This document shows positions 14,856 through 30,929 of a stretch of 64,000 bases of DNA, in pieces. Position 1 is the first letter of the stretch. The number at the start of each line of letters is the position of its first letter. The notes under the pieces were generated by a model. That model saw only the letters and a list, made by a program, of their open reading frames with translations. It ran no database searches and had not been told where the DNA came from. The translations under genes and the position numbers were made by a program. The DNA comes from the human T2T-CHM13v2.0 reference genome, Homo sapiens, in assembly GCF_009914755.1 (NCBI RefSeq), contig NC_060941.1; one strand, written 5' to 3'.

Positions 14856-15849
14856 GTAATGCCATCTTAAAGATCATGATGAATGATGAGCTACTGGGAA
14901 AAGAAGGCTTTGGTGTCAGCTCATTGGCAGACTAGAGAGCTCCCAGCCAGCAAAGATGGAGTTTGGAGTTCTGCAAAAAGAATAGAGTAATTTTGATCTC
15001 GTTAGGATCAGATCAAAAACAATTGTCTTTTTGATCTGTGTTTTTAAAGTATTCATATGTAAAAAATTATCTGTAATAATAAGACATACTAAAAGGGGCA
15101 TTATTCATTGCATATATAATCTGGAATAGCATCTTTAATGCTTCTATGACATTTTTAATGTTGTTTAATGTTTAACTTTTAATAAAAAAGGAAAATTCAT
15201 ATTTGACCTTAAAATGCATTAGAATATATAGCAATTTAAGCAGCAGATTTTCTTCATTGTTTTTTCTTCATATAATTAAGTTATATCAAGTTTGTGTAGG
15301 ATGAGGCCATTATCTTCTAATGCTGGAAGGCCAAGTGGTAAAATACTTGTGGTATTATTCTAAGAGGATGTTGCATATAGATAATTGACAAATGATTGCA
15401 TTTGATGTCTATTTAGTGATGACATGACAATAATGAAAATATATAATAATACAAGGATAAATTAATAATGATGACATCCATTTTCTCTTTTTGGTGAAGC
15501 TTATTTACATTTGCATAAAATTTTATAATTGAATTCTGGCTATATATAGCATCCTTTGTCATCCAACTTTGACCAAATAGGGTCAGGTTGCTGGGGCTGT
15601 TATCTCTCATTTAATTGTATGTTTGCAACTAAGTATTCTTTTCTGCTATGATCCTGATATTTGAATGACTAATAGGCACTGTGTACTGAGAATATAATAA
15701 TGAGCAGTTAGATATCATCTGTGCATTTAAGTCATAAACTCTATGGGATAAACAAACCACCAAGAAATTCAAAAAAAAATTGAGATTAGAATGATCACAG
15801 GAGAAATACAGAATCCTAGAATGTGAGGCAGCTAAAGATTTACCCAAGA

Positions 15850-16490
15850 TGAGCCTGGCAAGTAAGGTAGAACCCTGGCTAATCAGAGTTTTAAAAATCA
15901 GGTCAAGGAGTTTAGACTTTGTTCCAAGGACTAGCAGAAACCATTAAAGAGTTTTAGGTAGGAAATGGTATAATTAGACTTGCAGTTTTGAAAGGAGACA
16001 CTGTTTGTATGTGTTGTAATAACATAATTTATTATCTAGATCAGGGCAGTTTGGAGAATAAAAAGTGGTGTCATTGCTAATTATGCTGAGACTACGGGTA
16101 TTAAAACTCTTGCTGCCCTGGACAACCTAGGACATACAGTCACCCTATTTACAGGGAACTGCAATGGAATTAGACTGGTACATGAAGAAAAGTTAGGAAA
16201 GAGGAAGATAATTTTAACTATGATGAGACAGTCAATAGAGAAAGAGATAGACAAATATGATAGTTAACTCAGAAAAATGAACATAAAAAGTTGGTCATGG
16301 ATTGAATGTGAAAAAGGATAGAAGGTTAAGAAATCTACCAGGCATCTGTCTTGTAAAACTGAATGAGTGCTGGGGACATTTACTGAGATGGGGAATGTTG
16401 GATAAGTTTTAGAGAGAAGGTGATAGTTTTAGATATGTTCATGTTGAGCTGAAGATAACCATTAGGCACTGACAAAGAGCTGGTATCAGG
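15850..16490 (-). mobile_element. L2 remnant, interrupted by MER94
   Basis: Antisense L2 motifs (aaggagtttagactttgttcc...gaaaccattaaagagtttta; ttttagatatgttcatgttgag). Confidence 0.65.
16012..16146. mobile_element. MER94-like hAT-Blackjack DNA transposon fossil
   Basis: ataatttattatctagatcagggcagtttggaga...ggacaacctaggacatacagtcaccct; ends in the gtcaccct TIR. Confidence 0.65.
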
Positions 16491-17022
16491 ATTTACACAA
16501 GCTGGTCCTTCACATAAGCAGCTGCCATCTGAGGTGGTAGCTGGCCTGCAGTGACGGTGTGGGCCGCGGAGCACTAGCCATCACCCACGTATCTCTAGTA
16601 CACTCATGGTTCTAGAAATATCAAGCACTCACTGTATTCCCCACTCATCCTGATTGTGTGGCTCAAAGACCAGAAATGTAGTCTAATTCTGGATTTTTAT
16701 CCTGATTTATCTGGAGAAATGCCTTAAGAACTTCTCCTCCCAAGCAAGATGTTTGGAGATGTCTAGTGTGAAGGGTGGTTAAAAAAAAATTTTACAAGCT
16801 GCCCTTTTGGGATCTGACAGTCCCGATAAATTAAGACGCAATGTGCTTGATGATCAAAAGTGGTAAGATCTGATGTTGATGGATGGTGCATTTTGCCTTG
16901 GATACAATCAACTCTGCCATAAAACCAGTAAAGATTATTACTGTTTCTCAGGGAAGAAGTAATTTAAGATTCAATATGGGAAGTAAAATAAAATTTGAAT
17001 ACTACAGGCTAAAAAATAATTT

Positions 17023-17040
17023 TGTGTGTGTGTGTGTGTG
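17023..17040. repeat. (TG)n microsatellite
   Basis: About 9 TG units, seen directly. Confidence 0.85.
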
Positions 17041-18390
17041 ATAGGTGGAACTTCACTTTTCATTTTATACACAAAAGCCCCTGTAGAAGCGACTCCATTG
17101 TCTTGTTTTTATCACTTATTCTAGGTAAATTTGGCTCTTGAATCTTTCAATTTAAGTCCATTTTGGATTTTGAAATGAAAGATGAACAGAACTCAAGTAC
17201 ACATGTGTAGGTTAGACACTTGGAAGGTGATGTGAAATATATCAAGAATATTATAGGTACTTTCTTATAAAAGATATTCAGCTTTGTTTTGTTTATTGTT
17301 TATCTTTCGTTTTTGGGTGACCCAATTTTCTTCAGACCTGACCTCTGCACTGATGGAGTATTCAAAACTTGAAAGAAACTATACAAATATTATGAATGTG
17401 CATGCCCATGTGTGGATCTTTGAGTTGCAAGAACCTTTTATGTAGGGCAAACATTAGTATTCCTCATGTTTAAAAAAAATGGAAAAAAAAGGTGATATGA
17501 TTGTGACTTGTTGAAGTTCTGAAATTAACTAGGCAAAGGACAATTCGAAAGGCAATTGTCCCTGTCTTTTGTATGAAACACAGCTTTGAGATCAGAGGTG
17601 TTGGTTGAGAGTGTTTCCAAAACCCAAGTGTGGATCTTGTTCACGTGTGTTTAGCAAATCTCAATGACTGAACTTGGGCATTGCAAGAGCTCCCTTGGTC
17701 CCCTCCCCATACCCCACTGGGATGCACATAATACAGCTGTACTCACCTTGAGGTTGAAATAGGTGTAGAGCTGATGAGTTGGAGAAAAAGTCCCCAGCAT
17801 TCCAGAATTAGATTTATCTCTTGTCACTTTGCTTAAAGTATGCAGGTGTTTGAGGGACTTTGAGAATCATAATACTATTGCTTCCTTTCATATTAATAAC
17901 AGAAAAACTTTTTATTATAACAATTTATAATATTACCTTGCTCTAAATTACTAGAAATATTTGCCATAGTCTCATTCCTTTTTCATGGGAAAAATGTGTA
18001 GGATTATTTATTAATACTTCTAAGCTTCTCAAACAAAAAAATTCCCAATTTGTTCAACTCTGATTCATGTTTCATAGATCTGAAAAACTGTAGGGCTGAC
18101 TCAAAGCTATTTTTAAATGGCCATATCTTCAACAATGACATTTATGAAAAATGAGCATCTGTTGTAAAATCTGCAACATGAAGATAACTTCCAAGGTTCT
18201 TTCCGGCTCCACAGAAATTCTATCAATATTTTAATTCATGGGATCTGACAGTCCTACGGTTTTACTTTATAAAACTATTAAATACCTGAAATATTAAGGA
18301 GTAAACTTCTCTTTCTCTCTTTTATTTTTTAATTTTTATTTTTTTGCTGTTATCATTGGATGCTAGAAATAAAGTATTTTTGTTTCCTTA

Positions 18391-18743
<353 letters not shown>

Positions 18744-19562
18744 AGTAAATGCCTTGAAAAGAAGAATCCTAAATGATCTAGTCTTGGAAATTATAATTGG
18801 TTAATTAAAATCGGAAGGTGCTGTGTTTGGTCACTTGTCCTTGTAGAGACACAGCCAATGAAGCAGATGAAAAAAAAAATTCTCTGGCCTCATACTAATG
18901 GTATTTCATTCATAAAAAGAAACTGTGCCCTGAGATTTAATTGAGTGGTTCCAGGGCCATCCCAGCAGAAAATCAGCTGGTTGGGCTTCTATATAAACAT
19001 GATGACATGTTGAGGGCGGTGTTTACTTTTTTCTAATTAAAGCAAATTAGAAATTCCATTATATTTCTGCAGTGATTTCTGACAGCAGCATGCCCTGGGA
19101 AATACTCATGGTACTTCTCGAGTAAGGCTTTCTTCCATGCCACATTCATTTATTCCCTTCAGTTTTTAAACTCATCCCATGCTCTAAGTATTGAAGCCGG
19201 CTCTGAGACCTTGGTTTTTCAGGATCATTTAAAAACAAGACTGCAGGACCCAGCGGAATTCAGACCAACTATTTGTGATGACGTTTGATGTTTTCAGCCT
19301 TGGTAGTGGTTCTCTTGAGACAAGACACTCTGTTTTCTTTCCCTTCTTCAGTTCTGTCAACTTTCATAATATTGAGGCAAAACCTCCAGTTGAGTACCCA
19401 GTTTAGCAACGAGTAATCTTTTGCAGGGACCCACACTATTAACAGAAACAATTAAGAAGCCAATGAAAATACATCAACTGCACAGCAAAAGCAGGTACTT
19501 GTCATGCATGGTGAAAGGCTATTATTGAGCTTTAATTTGTCGCAGAGCTGTAAAACCTATAA

Positions 19563-19890
<328 letters not shown>

Positions 19891-22089
19891 AATGATACTC
19901 CTATTCTATATTTTAAAACCATCATTCAGAGGCTAGAGGTGTGTGAGTTTTGATTTTTTTTAAATAATGCCCATTGTACATTTATGTAATAGCTGTTAAG
20001 AAGGTCTCAAAATTCAATGCCACGGCACACTAAAATTCTGTTTAATGAGCTGCACATTTAAGAAAAAAAAAATAGGAAGCTCACTAAAATGTTGTTCATT
20101 TCCAAATTCATAGTCACATTTTATTGTCTTAACCTTTTCTTTAACTTATAATTTCAAGGCTAAATTTTAGATGCCAGAAAACTTCTTACAAGGAAACTTA
20201 TACTCAGGGGATCTCCAACTCATTGCCAATAAGAAGAGTTCACATAAAGACACAGGAGTTCAGATAAAGTTACACAAGGTTTAGAAAAGTATTTAAATTT
20301 TTCCATGTTCCTCTAAACTGAAACTGGACTCTGGGTCTTGATGAGCTAATATCTAAAGACAATGTCAAGTTTACAAAGGAGGATGTCTTTTGTAAATGAG
20401 ACTTCTAGAGGCAGAAAATGAAGAATTTGACACATTCTGAAGCCTTCTAAACTAAAAGGAAAGAACAGGTCTGTGACTGTAGCAAGAACTGGGTTGTTCT
20501 GGAAACCTTGATATATTAAGAAAGTGGAAGTCAGGTATTTATCTGATATGTGTTATTATCAATATCTCCAAGAAAATTCAAAGTGCAAATCATATATTAA
20601 AATCAAAACTTGAATGTCAACTCTAGGTATAGGTATAAGGGATTTTCAAAGGCCTTCTCTCTTTTTCTTCTAACTGCTTGATTGTAGCTCAGCTGATGCA
20701 TTGGAAAAACGGAATAGGAAGTGAATTCATCTCCTGAATTGCAACAGGAGATGAAATTTTGCTCAATTAGATTTGTAATTGTTGTAACCTTTAGCAGTTC
20801 TTGTGAAGATAATGGCAGGGAAAAAGACTGAATGGAATTTTTCAGACTTTATTTTCTTCATTGTGCTCAAGTGTGTCTTGTGTGTCCAAAGATAATCAAG
20901 AATTGGCTGTAAATAAAATTCAGTCTCAAGGAAAGATATCCCTCTCCTCTCCCAGGTTCCCAGACCACCTGTTCATGCAGTCATGGAATTTCTCCTTTAC
21001 TAAAATGAGCTTTATATAGTCAAACATCTCATAAAACGGGAGAGGGGCCTGTGAAATAACAGGAGAGAGTATTTAAAGGGTCTGACTTACAGAAATGCGC
21101 CCAGATGAGTTTGGCCAATTGGGGTCAGTTAAGCCTCCCCTGACACCAGCCATTAGTAATATTTTCCATGCACTAAGTAAAACAATGGAAATTCATCACA
21201 TCTGGTTGAGCCTCCAATACCTATGCAGCTTGTAATGGTTTTTGCAATCTTGATATGAAACAGCACCGTGGCACTCAACGATAGATTGTTAGTGAGCAAA
21301 GAAGGCACACTTGTTCCAAAACAATGAAGAGTTGCTTATTACCATTTCCCTTAGATGCCTCCCTCTGGTTCATGTTGCTAGAGCATTTCATCTTGATCCA
21401 AAGAGAATTTGGGGTTATTTTCCTCCCCTACTTCTTCCCCTATCTTTAGAGCAATCAGCAGTAAACCTCTAGAAAAAGAAAAAAATCATTCTGTATTTCT
21501 TCTGGGGCACCACACTTTCTTATTGAAAAGTTTTGGTTGGCTGGATAAGTTTCTTTGAAGGTAAAGAAAAAGAGCTTCAAAAGATTGATGAATTCAAGAA
21601 ATATTTGCCACCTTAGAGATCTTGTTCTTACCTTACCTTTTCTTTAAGTACTTGAGATTTAGAAAAAGGACATCGAGCATACCTGAATGGTCCTTAAGCC
21701 ATGTACTTGATGTTAATACTGAAGAATGATGTTTTAAAATCCCAATGTATCCACCATTGTTCTCTTTGAGTAGAATCAATAAATAAGTTTCTTATAGGTT
21801 ACAGAAACAATAGCTCAAAGAGGCAGAGTCTATGTCTATCTTGTTCACCATTTCCAACACTCATCAAGCCACAAGGAGACACTCAATGCATGTTTGTTAA
21901 ATGCCTGACTGTTACCTAAGTTTTCTTCCTCTGAAAACAACTATATTTGTAGGTTGTAGTGTTAAGGCACTCAATATCACATTGCCAATGTGAAGGATAT
22001 AGGACTAGGCGTCAAAAGTACTATTGCTAGTTCTAAATTTGTAGTAATTACAGTAATAATAATAAACATTTATTAAGAGCTTAAAATTA

Positions 22090-22260
22090 TCATGCATTAA
22101 CTCATTTTTTACACATAATGTTGTAAAGCAGGTATTCACACTATCAACTAAATGTTTGGAAAGCAGAAATTGAGGCATGGAGAAGTTAATCATTTCACTG
22201 TAAATCACAGAGCTAGTAAGTGGTGAAGTCAAGATTTTAATCCAGAGCTTTTTCTCTAAA
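22090..22260 (-). mobile_element. MIR
   Basis: gaaattgaggcatggagaagttaatcatttc...aaatcacagagctagtaagtggtgaagtcaagatttt is the antisense MIR core. Confidence 0.75.
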
Positions 22261-22732
22261 TATAATGTTTTGCAAGTAAAATAGTTGTGTTTTGCTAAAC
22301 CAATCACTTTGCACTTTAGTGGCTACCTGTATGAGATTAGCATAATCTTACCTACCTCAGAAGAACAGTACAGATGGGGGCTTCAAACTGAATATTTATG
22401 GGTACATTTTCCAATATAAATATGTATGAGATAGTTTACTGTTTCCAGGATGCTTACATTACCATCAGATGTCACAGGACTTGGGGGCCAAGATAGAAAC
22501 GATTGAGATCTCCCTTTTACCATCGTTCAAATTCACATTGTTCTGGGGACAAATGATATTCTTCAATAAAACTGAGGAATCTTTGTGGCATAAATTCTTG
22601 GAGCAAAGTAACATACATAAAATGTTTCTGTTTGTAAAAAAAAAAACACCTCTCATATGTTAAGTTTTTATTTTTAGTTTCCATCTAGACCAGTAATTTT
22701 CCATTTCCTTCTTAGGAAGATTTTCTTAATGC

Positions 22733-22835
22733 ACTCACACATTCACACACCCCTGCACACACTCACATGTACACACATGTACATTCACACGCACAGATTC
22801 TCATGCGTACTCATCCAGAGGCATATATACACACA
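22733..22835. repeat. Degenerate (CA)n low-complexity tract
   Basis: Imperfect CA repeats, seen directly. Confidence 0.7.
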
Positions 22836-23398
22836 TGTCCCTGCGACAGGGTGACAATGTGCCTGATTGCTTGTTGGTGGCAGATGGCGATAGAACATGG
22901 TATTTCTGAAGACACGCCCAAGGTTTCCAGGTGGTCAGGGAAAATTCCATAGTTTTATCTTCTGAGGTCTTTGAGTTAAGGAGGGGAATTTTTATTTTGT
23001 TTCCTTTTAGGAACAGATAAAGAGAATAATACAATTTCAGGGATTGACATAAATTAATCCTTAAGTCTGATGTATTTGGGAATGATTAAAATGATGGTAT
23101 TTAAGGACACTACTGATGTTCTTGTCACACTTGTATTGGTGGACTTTTACTCAATTTCACTATGAATTATTGAGATGTTGTGATACCAGTTTGAAAATAT
23201 GTGTGTGTGTATGCATGCATGCGTGTCCTAATCCTCTTTGACTTCTTCAAATGGCGGACAAGTAGTCCATCATTGAGATTGTCTCATAACCTACAGAAAA
23301 TATTAAATTAGCTCTATATCAAACATTAAGCATACAAGCAGGGCAAACTGATCCCAGAAAATCCTTTGTGACATGGATTTTAAAATTGCACTTACCTC

Positions 23399-23714
<316 letters not shown>

Positions 23715-24432
23715 ACCCACTCACCTTATGTATAGTTACACTGCCTTATTTTTTTCTCCCTGAAATTAGCAAGCAAAAATAGGATTTCCTTCTCAATTTG
23801 GGCAACAGCCTTTCAAAGGTCCATGGCCTTCATCTTGTGTGTTGATTTTTCTTCTTTCTCAGTGCCTACCCACTTTTCCTGGGATAGGTGATTTTCTTCT
23901 TCTCCAGGACTGGCTGTCATATAGCATGGGAAGATTTACTAACTGGCGTCTAAGGAAAAGACAGCAATGTGTATTAAAATAAGTCAATATAAATGAGTTG
24001 TCTATGTACATAAATGAGTTGAACATAATCTTCACTGTTGAATAATGACATAATTCCCTTTCCTTGATTGACAAATCAAAAATTCAGGACTGTAGACTTT
24101 TTTTTCCTAGCTCAATTTGATCAATCAATACTTAAGGCCACACAGTGCCAAAATCAGCATCTGTGAGTGCGCGTGTGTACACATGTGTAGCAGTTGTGTG
24201 GCGTGAGTAGGGTGGACACTAATAATTCATATTTTAAGTGGGTGCCCTTTCATTCTGGTTGCCTTTCAAGGCCTTTTTTTGTTTGTTTTTCAAAGACTTA
24301 TTTTAATACACATTGCCATCCTAGCCTTTGACGCCAGTTAGTAAATCCTCCCAGGACTTACCTTTAACATCAGTTTTCTCAGCTTCTATCAATAATACCC
24401 TCACATAAAGGCTTATTAAAGATTCAAATTGT

Positions 24433-24810
<378 letters not shown>

Positions 24811-25349
24811 TCATGACCTACTGTGCATATCCCTATGAGTATTTGCAAGTGCCACAGCCATTCCAGTCCTCAATAAAATCAGGATACGGGAAAACAAGTC
24901 CTGATGATTATTTCTAGTTTTAACAATCTGTGAATCTAAGCTTTAAAGCAGTATATTCAGAATGTGAGATATTTCGTTCTCCTTAAACTTGACTGTTATC
25001 TGTAGATAAGGCAGGTTGAAATCCATAAGAAGTAGGTGTGCCCACACACTGGTAAATACAGAGTCTGATGAGATAGGCTAATTAAGCATGTAGACAGAAA
25101 AAAGTCACCTTGAGTGTGGTCAGATTTTTTAAAATATACATAATTTAGCCGCTTCATGGTCTTGTTTAGTCACTGATTTAGTTACTGTGTTTTTTGTACT
25201 ACCTAGTACAAGAAAGAAGTTTCTGGGTAGGCTCAAGACATTTGGAAAAATAAGCTAAATAAATACATATTTAAATTAAAACTAAAAATAAGTTAATAAG
25301 AAAAAAATTTGGAAAAATAAATTAGATTCCCCCCTCCAAATATTGATTA

Positions 25350-26000
25350 AGCATCAATTAAGTGAGTTTCTAAAATGTGAGAAATTAGATGTTTAATCAA
25401 TAAGTAAATAACATAAACACAGCGTCCCTTTAATCTTGGAACTAACAATTTCTTTGTGAAAGGAATCTGTGAACACTTGAATGACAGTGCATTATAATAA
25501 TACATGAGCACCTGAGGATGTAGTGATGCAAGAGGGAAATGACAGTTGCCTACAACAGTGGAAGGAAGAGGCAAAGAAAGATTCTAAGCAAGTGCCATAC
25601 AAACTAAACACACCTTCTTCAGAGAAGGGAGATACCATTGTGGCCTGGAGTGGGCAGAATTTGGTCTAGATCTGGATGATTTGAGGATAATTTTTTTTAT
25701 GTGGGAAGAAAAGAGAGACGGAATATGAAGGGGGAATGGCATGAACAATGGTATAGAAAAGGATTTGCGGGATTGAACGGTCCAAGGACAAGAGCAATGG
25801 ATGATAATATTGGAAAGGTATATTGAATGGGACATCTAGGGAGATGTGAACGGTGAGCTTAACCTATGGATCCTGCAGCACTGTCCAAGTTTTGGGGTGC
25901 AGAAGAGTGACACTGTGATTCAGAAAATCAAGAGACTGGAGACTAATGAGTGCAGCATAGTCCAGATGTGGTAATAATTAAGTAAGCTGCTGTCATATCC
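25350..26000 (-). mobile_element. L2 remnant
   Basis: Antisense L2 3'-region-like sequence, highly diverged. Confidence 0.45.
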
Positions 26001-26847
26001 ATGGACACGGAAAGGAAAAGAGTTATGTGGGCATATTTTGAAATCAGATATACATATAGTATATCCTTTCAAGCCATCAAAACATATCACAATTTTGCCT
26101 TAAGTTTCCAAATACATCTTTCTTCTTTGATCTCTCCTCCCTTCTAAAAAGATCTGATTGCACGAAAGTAAGGTAAATATAGAAAAAAGTAAGTGCAGAT
26201 ATCACAAGCTGAAATTAAGAGCCAGAGAATTTCAGTTCTCTGAAACTGAGTCCTCATGAGGAACCTAGGTCAGTTCAAGTGCAGATTAAGACAAATGGGT
26301 GGGAACCTCTGTGTCCAAGAACAGGAATCAAAAGCAAGTCAATAAAGGCTGCGAACAGCTATCTTTGGTTTATTTTTAACTCTTCTGCCCTGCCTCTTTT
26401 GTACATACGCGTTGTCTTTCTTACAGTGGAATTACTTTGCTCTTGCCTCAGAAAGCTCTAGAAAATCAACGAGTTTCTGCTAAGTTGGTAGACTAGAGGG
26501 CCATATCTCACATATCTCACACTGCGTTCTGGTTTAAGCTATCCTCAAAAGATCAGGATTTCACATTATAAAAGGATCCTGAACTAATTGTTCTCTGAGT
26601 TAGCTCTAACTAAACTGATTTGAATCCCAAAGTAAAGAGAGTCTATAAATCTCAATCCCAATTTCAAAGCGATCAGGAAAGATGAGTCCAGCCTCAGTGG
26701 TGCATGGATACCCTCAGAAGCAGGGTGACAAAAGTGTGGATTTTGAGCATCCAAAATGTTTGGCCCTTAGTCATGGCTAATAAAATATTCTCTAAGTACC
26801 GATTTTTAAAAATTTAACTTTTGTAAAGAGCGTTTTATGAGTGATGC

Positions 26848-27379
26848 TGTATTAGTATCTATTGCTGCATAACTGATTGTTCCAATATTTAGATGCTTAA
26901 AACAATAAATGTTTATTCTCTGTTTCTCTGTATCAGATATTTGGGCATGGCCTTACTGGGTACCTCTGGCTCAGGATTTCTCTTGAGCTTGCAAACAAGG
27001 TGTTAGAAGAGGTTGTATTCATCTCAAAGCTTGACTAGTGGATGATCCACTTCCCAACTTGCTCATATGGCCCAGGTCCTTACTAGCTATTGGCTGGAGA
27101 CATATGGGACCCTCCAGGGGCCACTCACAACGTAGACAGTTGCTTGCTTTATCGAGAGCAGGGGTTCGAGAGAGAGAGAGTGACACCTACACTGAAGTTA
27201 CAGTCTTTTTATTACCTGACCTCAGAAGAAACATACCATTGCTTTTGCCGCATTCAGTTCAGTAGAAGTGAGTCATTATTAATAGGTCCAGCCTACACTC
27301 AAGTGAAGGGGATTTCATGTGGGCTTGAATATCAGGAAGGTGGGATCACTGGGAGTCATTTCAGAGACTGCCTACCACA
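26848..27379 (-). mobile_element. Solo LTR, MLT1F/G-like (ERVL-MaLR)
   Basis: tgtattagtatctattgctgcataac...gcttaaaacaataaatgtttatt...gactgcctaccaca; 5-bp TSD gatgc/gatgt. Confidence 0.82.
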
Positions 27380-27414
27380 GATGTGATAGTGGTGTTGTGG
27401 CAGAAATCCTCTGC

Positions 27415-27585
27415 GCTCCTGCTACCCCAATGGTGGCCCACGGACTAGCAGCATAAGACCACCTGAAAGCTTGATAGAAATGTAGCATCTCAGGTCCAAT
27501 CCCACCCAGGCCAGCTGAATCAGAATCTGCATTTAACAAGGTCCAGAGATTCTTCATGTGCATACCAACGTTTGAGAAGCTCTAG
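27415..27585. mobile_element. MER5A/B hAT-Charlie fossil
   Basis: Contains ctgaatcagaatctgcatttaacaag...catgtgcataccaacgtttgagaagc. Confidence 0.8.
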
Positions 27586-28182
27586 GCTATAGGAGCTTCA
27601 CATAATGAATCTTAGAGGAAACTACTTTTAAACTGACACCCACGCACCGGAGTCTCTATCTTGGAGCAGATGGTGATAAGCTGATGAGATTCTGCTTTCT
27701 ATGCTTTTCGAAAACACAGGCTTGGGCAGGTAATCCATAGTCTTAAAATGCACACACAGTCACAGTTTAATGGCTTAATGATGAAGCCTGAACTTTTGTT
27801 GGCCATCAGACGTTAACAATGACCACATGGACGTCTCCGATTCCTGCATAGCATTTATAGGGAAAACCAGATCTTTGAACTTATGAAAAACCCCTAACCC
27901 ATCATCCAAGCACCTTTCATTCCTAGAGATTATCAGAGTTTTCATTACAGGTTAAATTCTTTGTAACTTTTTCATGTGGAAACTATCCCGTTACCTCCTG
28001 TTAGTTCTCCTGCTGAGTGCAAATGGAGTGTATACTCTACTTCCTACAGCTGTTTTGGATTTTGTTACATTTTCCAGGTTTTGGGAAAAAAAATGTGCTG
28101 ACAGAATGTGGCTTCATCTACAACTCTCAACTGATTTAAGAGTATAAACAGAAATACGTTTCCTGATTGTATGTACCAATGA

Positions 28183-28671
<489 letters not shown>

Positions 28672-30929
28672 AATAGTTGCTTTTTAAATGGAAAAACAAA
28701 AAACAAAACAAACAAACAAAAAACCTTTCCATTCGTATCTGGGCAGAAAGTCAGAGTCAAATAGATATAATTGGAAAAGTTTACTAAATGATGGACTTAT
28801 GTTACATTTCCCCCCAACTGATCTTTTTTGTTTTATTTTACATAATGGAGTAAAATCCTCTTAAATAAATATATGTGAAAGCAGAATGCTCCAGTCACAT
28901 TTTATCGTAACAAGATGAAACAAATAAAAACTTAAATCTGAGGCACTAAGAGGTAAACAACTTTTGCTTGGGCTACACAATGACACTTAGCCCGTCTGTT
29001 AATAGTGTGGAGAGCACATCTTTCCTTTTTGTTTTCAGGGATGAGGTTGTAAGTAATAAAATTATGAGTAATTTTTGGGCTCTCCCAACTGGTAAAAATC
29101 CTCAAGGTGTGTTTTATCAACTCAAGTAGATGGAGTGCTTCATGGTCCAGAATAAAGGGGCTGGAAGATGAAATATGTTGGGATGTTAGAGGCAAGGGGC
29201 TGCTGGGGAGCTCATAAAGTTAGAATCACATTGGGACCTATTTATTGAGAAAAGGCAGGTGAGACAGGGCTAAGAGATTGCTGGGGAGATTGATCCTGGT
29301 AATGGCAGCTGGGCAGTCCCAAGTCCAGGTTCCAAAGGACAAAAAAGCCAAATTAAGATCCAGCGAGTCACACCAGAAAGTCCACTCTGGATGACAGAGC
29401 ACATGTGGTGGGCAGTCTAGGTGTGTTGTAGGTGGTGTTGTGGGAACTCTGACTTTAAGGATTTTATCCCATTTAGGGGGATTGACAAATCCAGGTCACA
29501 TAATAGGATGCCAGCTATGAAATCCAGGGGTTGGAATAGGGCCTTCACTCACAAGGATAAATATGGATGTTGGTTTGCTTAGCACTGACCCAAGGCAAAA
29601 GCTCAGTACCATGCCCTAAAATAGAAAAAAATGTAAGGGATGCTGTGAGTTGGAGAGAGGAAAGAACTTCCAAAGAGACTCAGGTCATCCGTTTGACCTC
29701 CTGGATAGAAGTTTGGTGAATAAAGGAGACTTAGGTAGGGAGTGGGGAGTTGGAACACAATGTAGGAGTCTAGATTTAGTCTCTGGACCACGAGATTTGG
29801 GGGGTGAGAACACTGAATTGTTTTTAATCTCCTCCTTCACCACCCTGGAGAAGTTGGTAAAGCAATTGTAGGGGCTGGGACGCCATGTGAGTCCATCTGG
29901 ATCTATCCAGACCGGGAGACGCAGCATGAAAAAAATGAAGATGGTGCTGATATCATCTTGTTTCACTCTGGTCACTTTCCTTCCTCTAGAAAGTTGCTGC
30001 TGGGTCAGGGTGATTAGCTGGGGACATGCTTACAGGTTTCTGTTGTTTTACTTTATGTGGTTTCTTATGAGCAAGAGGGAAAGTGCTGATCTTGTAGCTC
30101 TATAATCAAGAAGACGCCCTTATTAGTTCCCATTCTGGTAAATAGGAGCAGTATCTAATTTCCTTTGGAAGCAAGGCAGTAGAGGAGAAAGGGTATACTA
30201 CCATGAAAAGCAATCCTGCCTGGAACCAATGTGTTTGAGTATTGAACTTTGGGTCACACAGAGTTTTTCCCAGCAATGATATTCGAATACATAATTACTC
30301 TGCTCTTCATGTGGTATTGGTAGTGCAAAAAACAAGTGTGTACTTTGTATTTATTTTCCAGATTTCCCATTTATTGTTCCCCAAGCAGAGTGACGGTGCA
30401 AGTTTTATTCCACCACATTGAAAGATAGCTGCTCTTGGCTTCAGGAAGCTTTTTCCTTTCCTTTTATTTCTTTTCAATCCTCCCTTTCTTTGTTTGGTGA
30501 CTGGGTGCCCCTCCATGTGTCATCTTCTTTCAATAGCACAGCTACCATCAGGAATCATAGCTAAAATACTTAACAACCAATGCATCTCAGGTATGGAACA
30601 ACTGGAATGGACATCGACCTTAATCTGGAGCAGAAAACAAGGGGCCCTCTGCTCTGCCCAAAGGTTAACAGTTTAATTGTGGGATTGTGGTGAGTTCAAG
30701 AGGCTGCAGAAGATATGGTAAGGGGATTCAGGGTAGCAGCTAGTTTACCAAGTGGTATAGAAATATTTACATACTGAGAAATATTTACTATACTGAGATG
30801 CTCATATCAGTGCATACTGGCTCATTATCAAGGCTGATATTTGTTTCTAGAATGTGGTGACGGGACCAGTATACTTGAAGCTACAGAGAGACCCTGATGA
30901 CTAACTGATACAGTCTCCTTATCTCTCAT

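Noticed and set aside
16380-16574. Cys-rich short ORF (CRPATTSDGSCLCEGPAC)
   Set aside because: It runs into an L2 remnant and has no recognisable domain spacing or convincing splice boundaries.
16809-18254. Exact 15-mer gggatctgacagtcc at 16809-16823 and 18240-18254
   Set aside because: The similarity does not extend, the intervening sequence is not a recognisable element, and a 15-mer match within 64 kb is compatible with chance.
30757-30800. Short tandem duplication agaaatatttac(t)atactg, and similar ones near 10485 and 26502
   Set aside because: These are ordinary slippage duplications of two units with no spacer structure; nothing CRISPR-like exists in the window.
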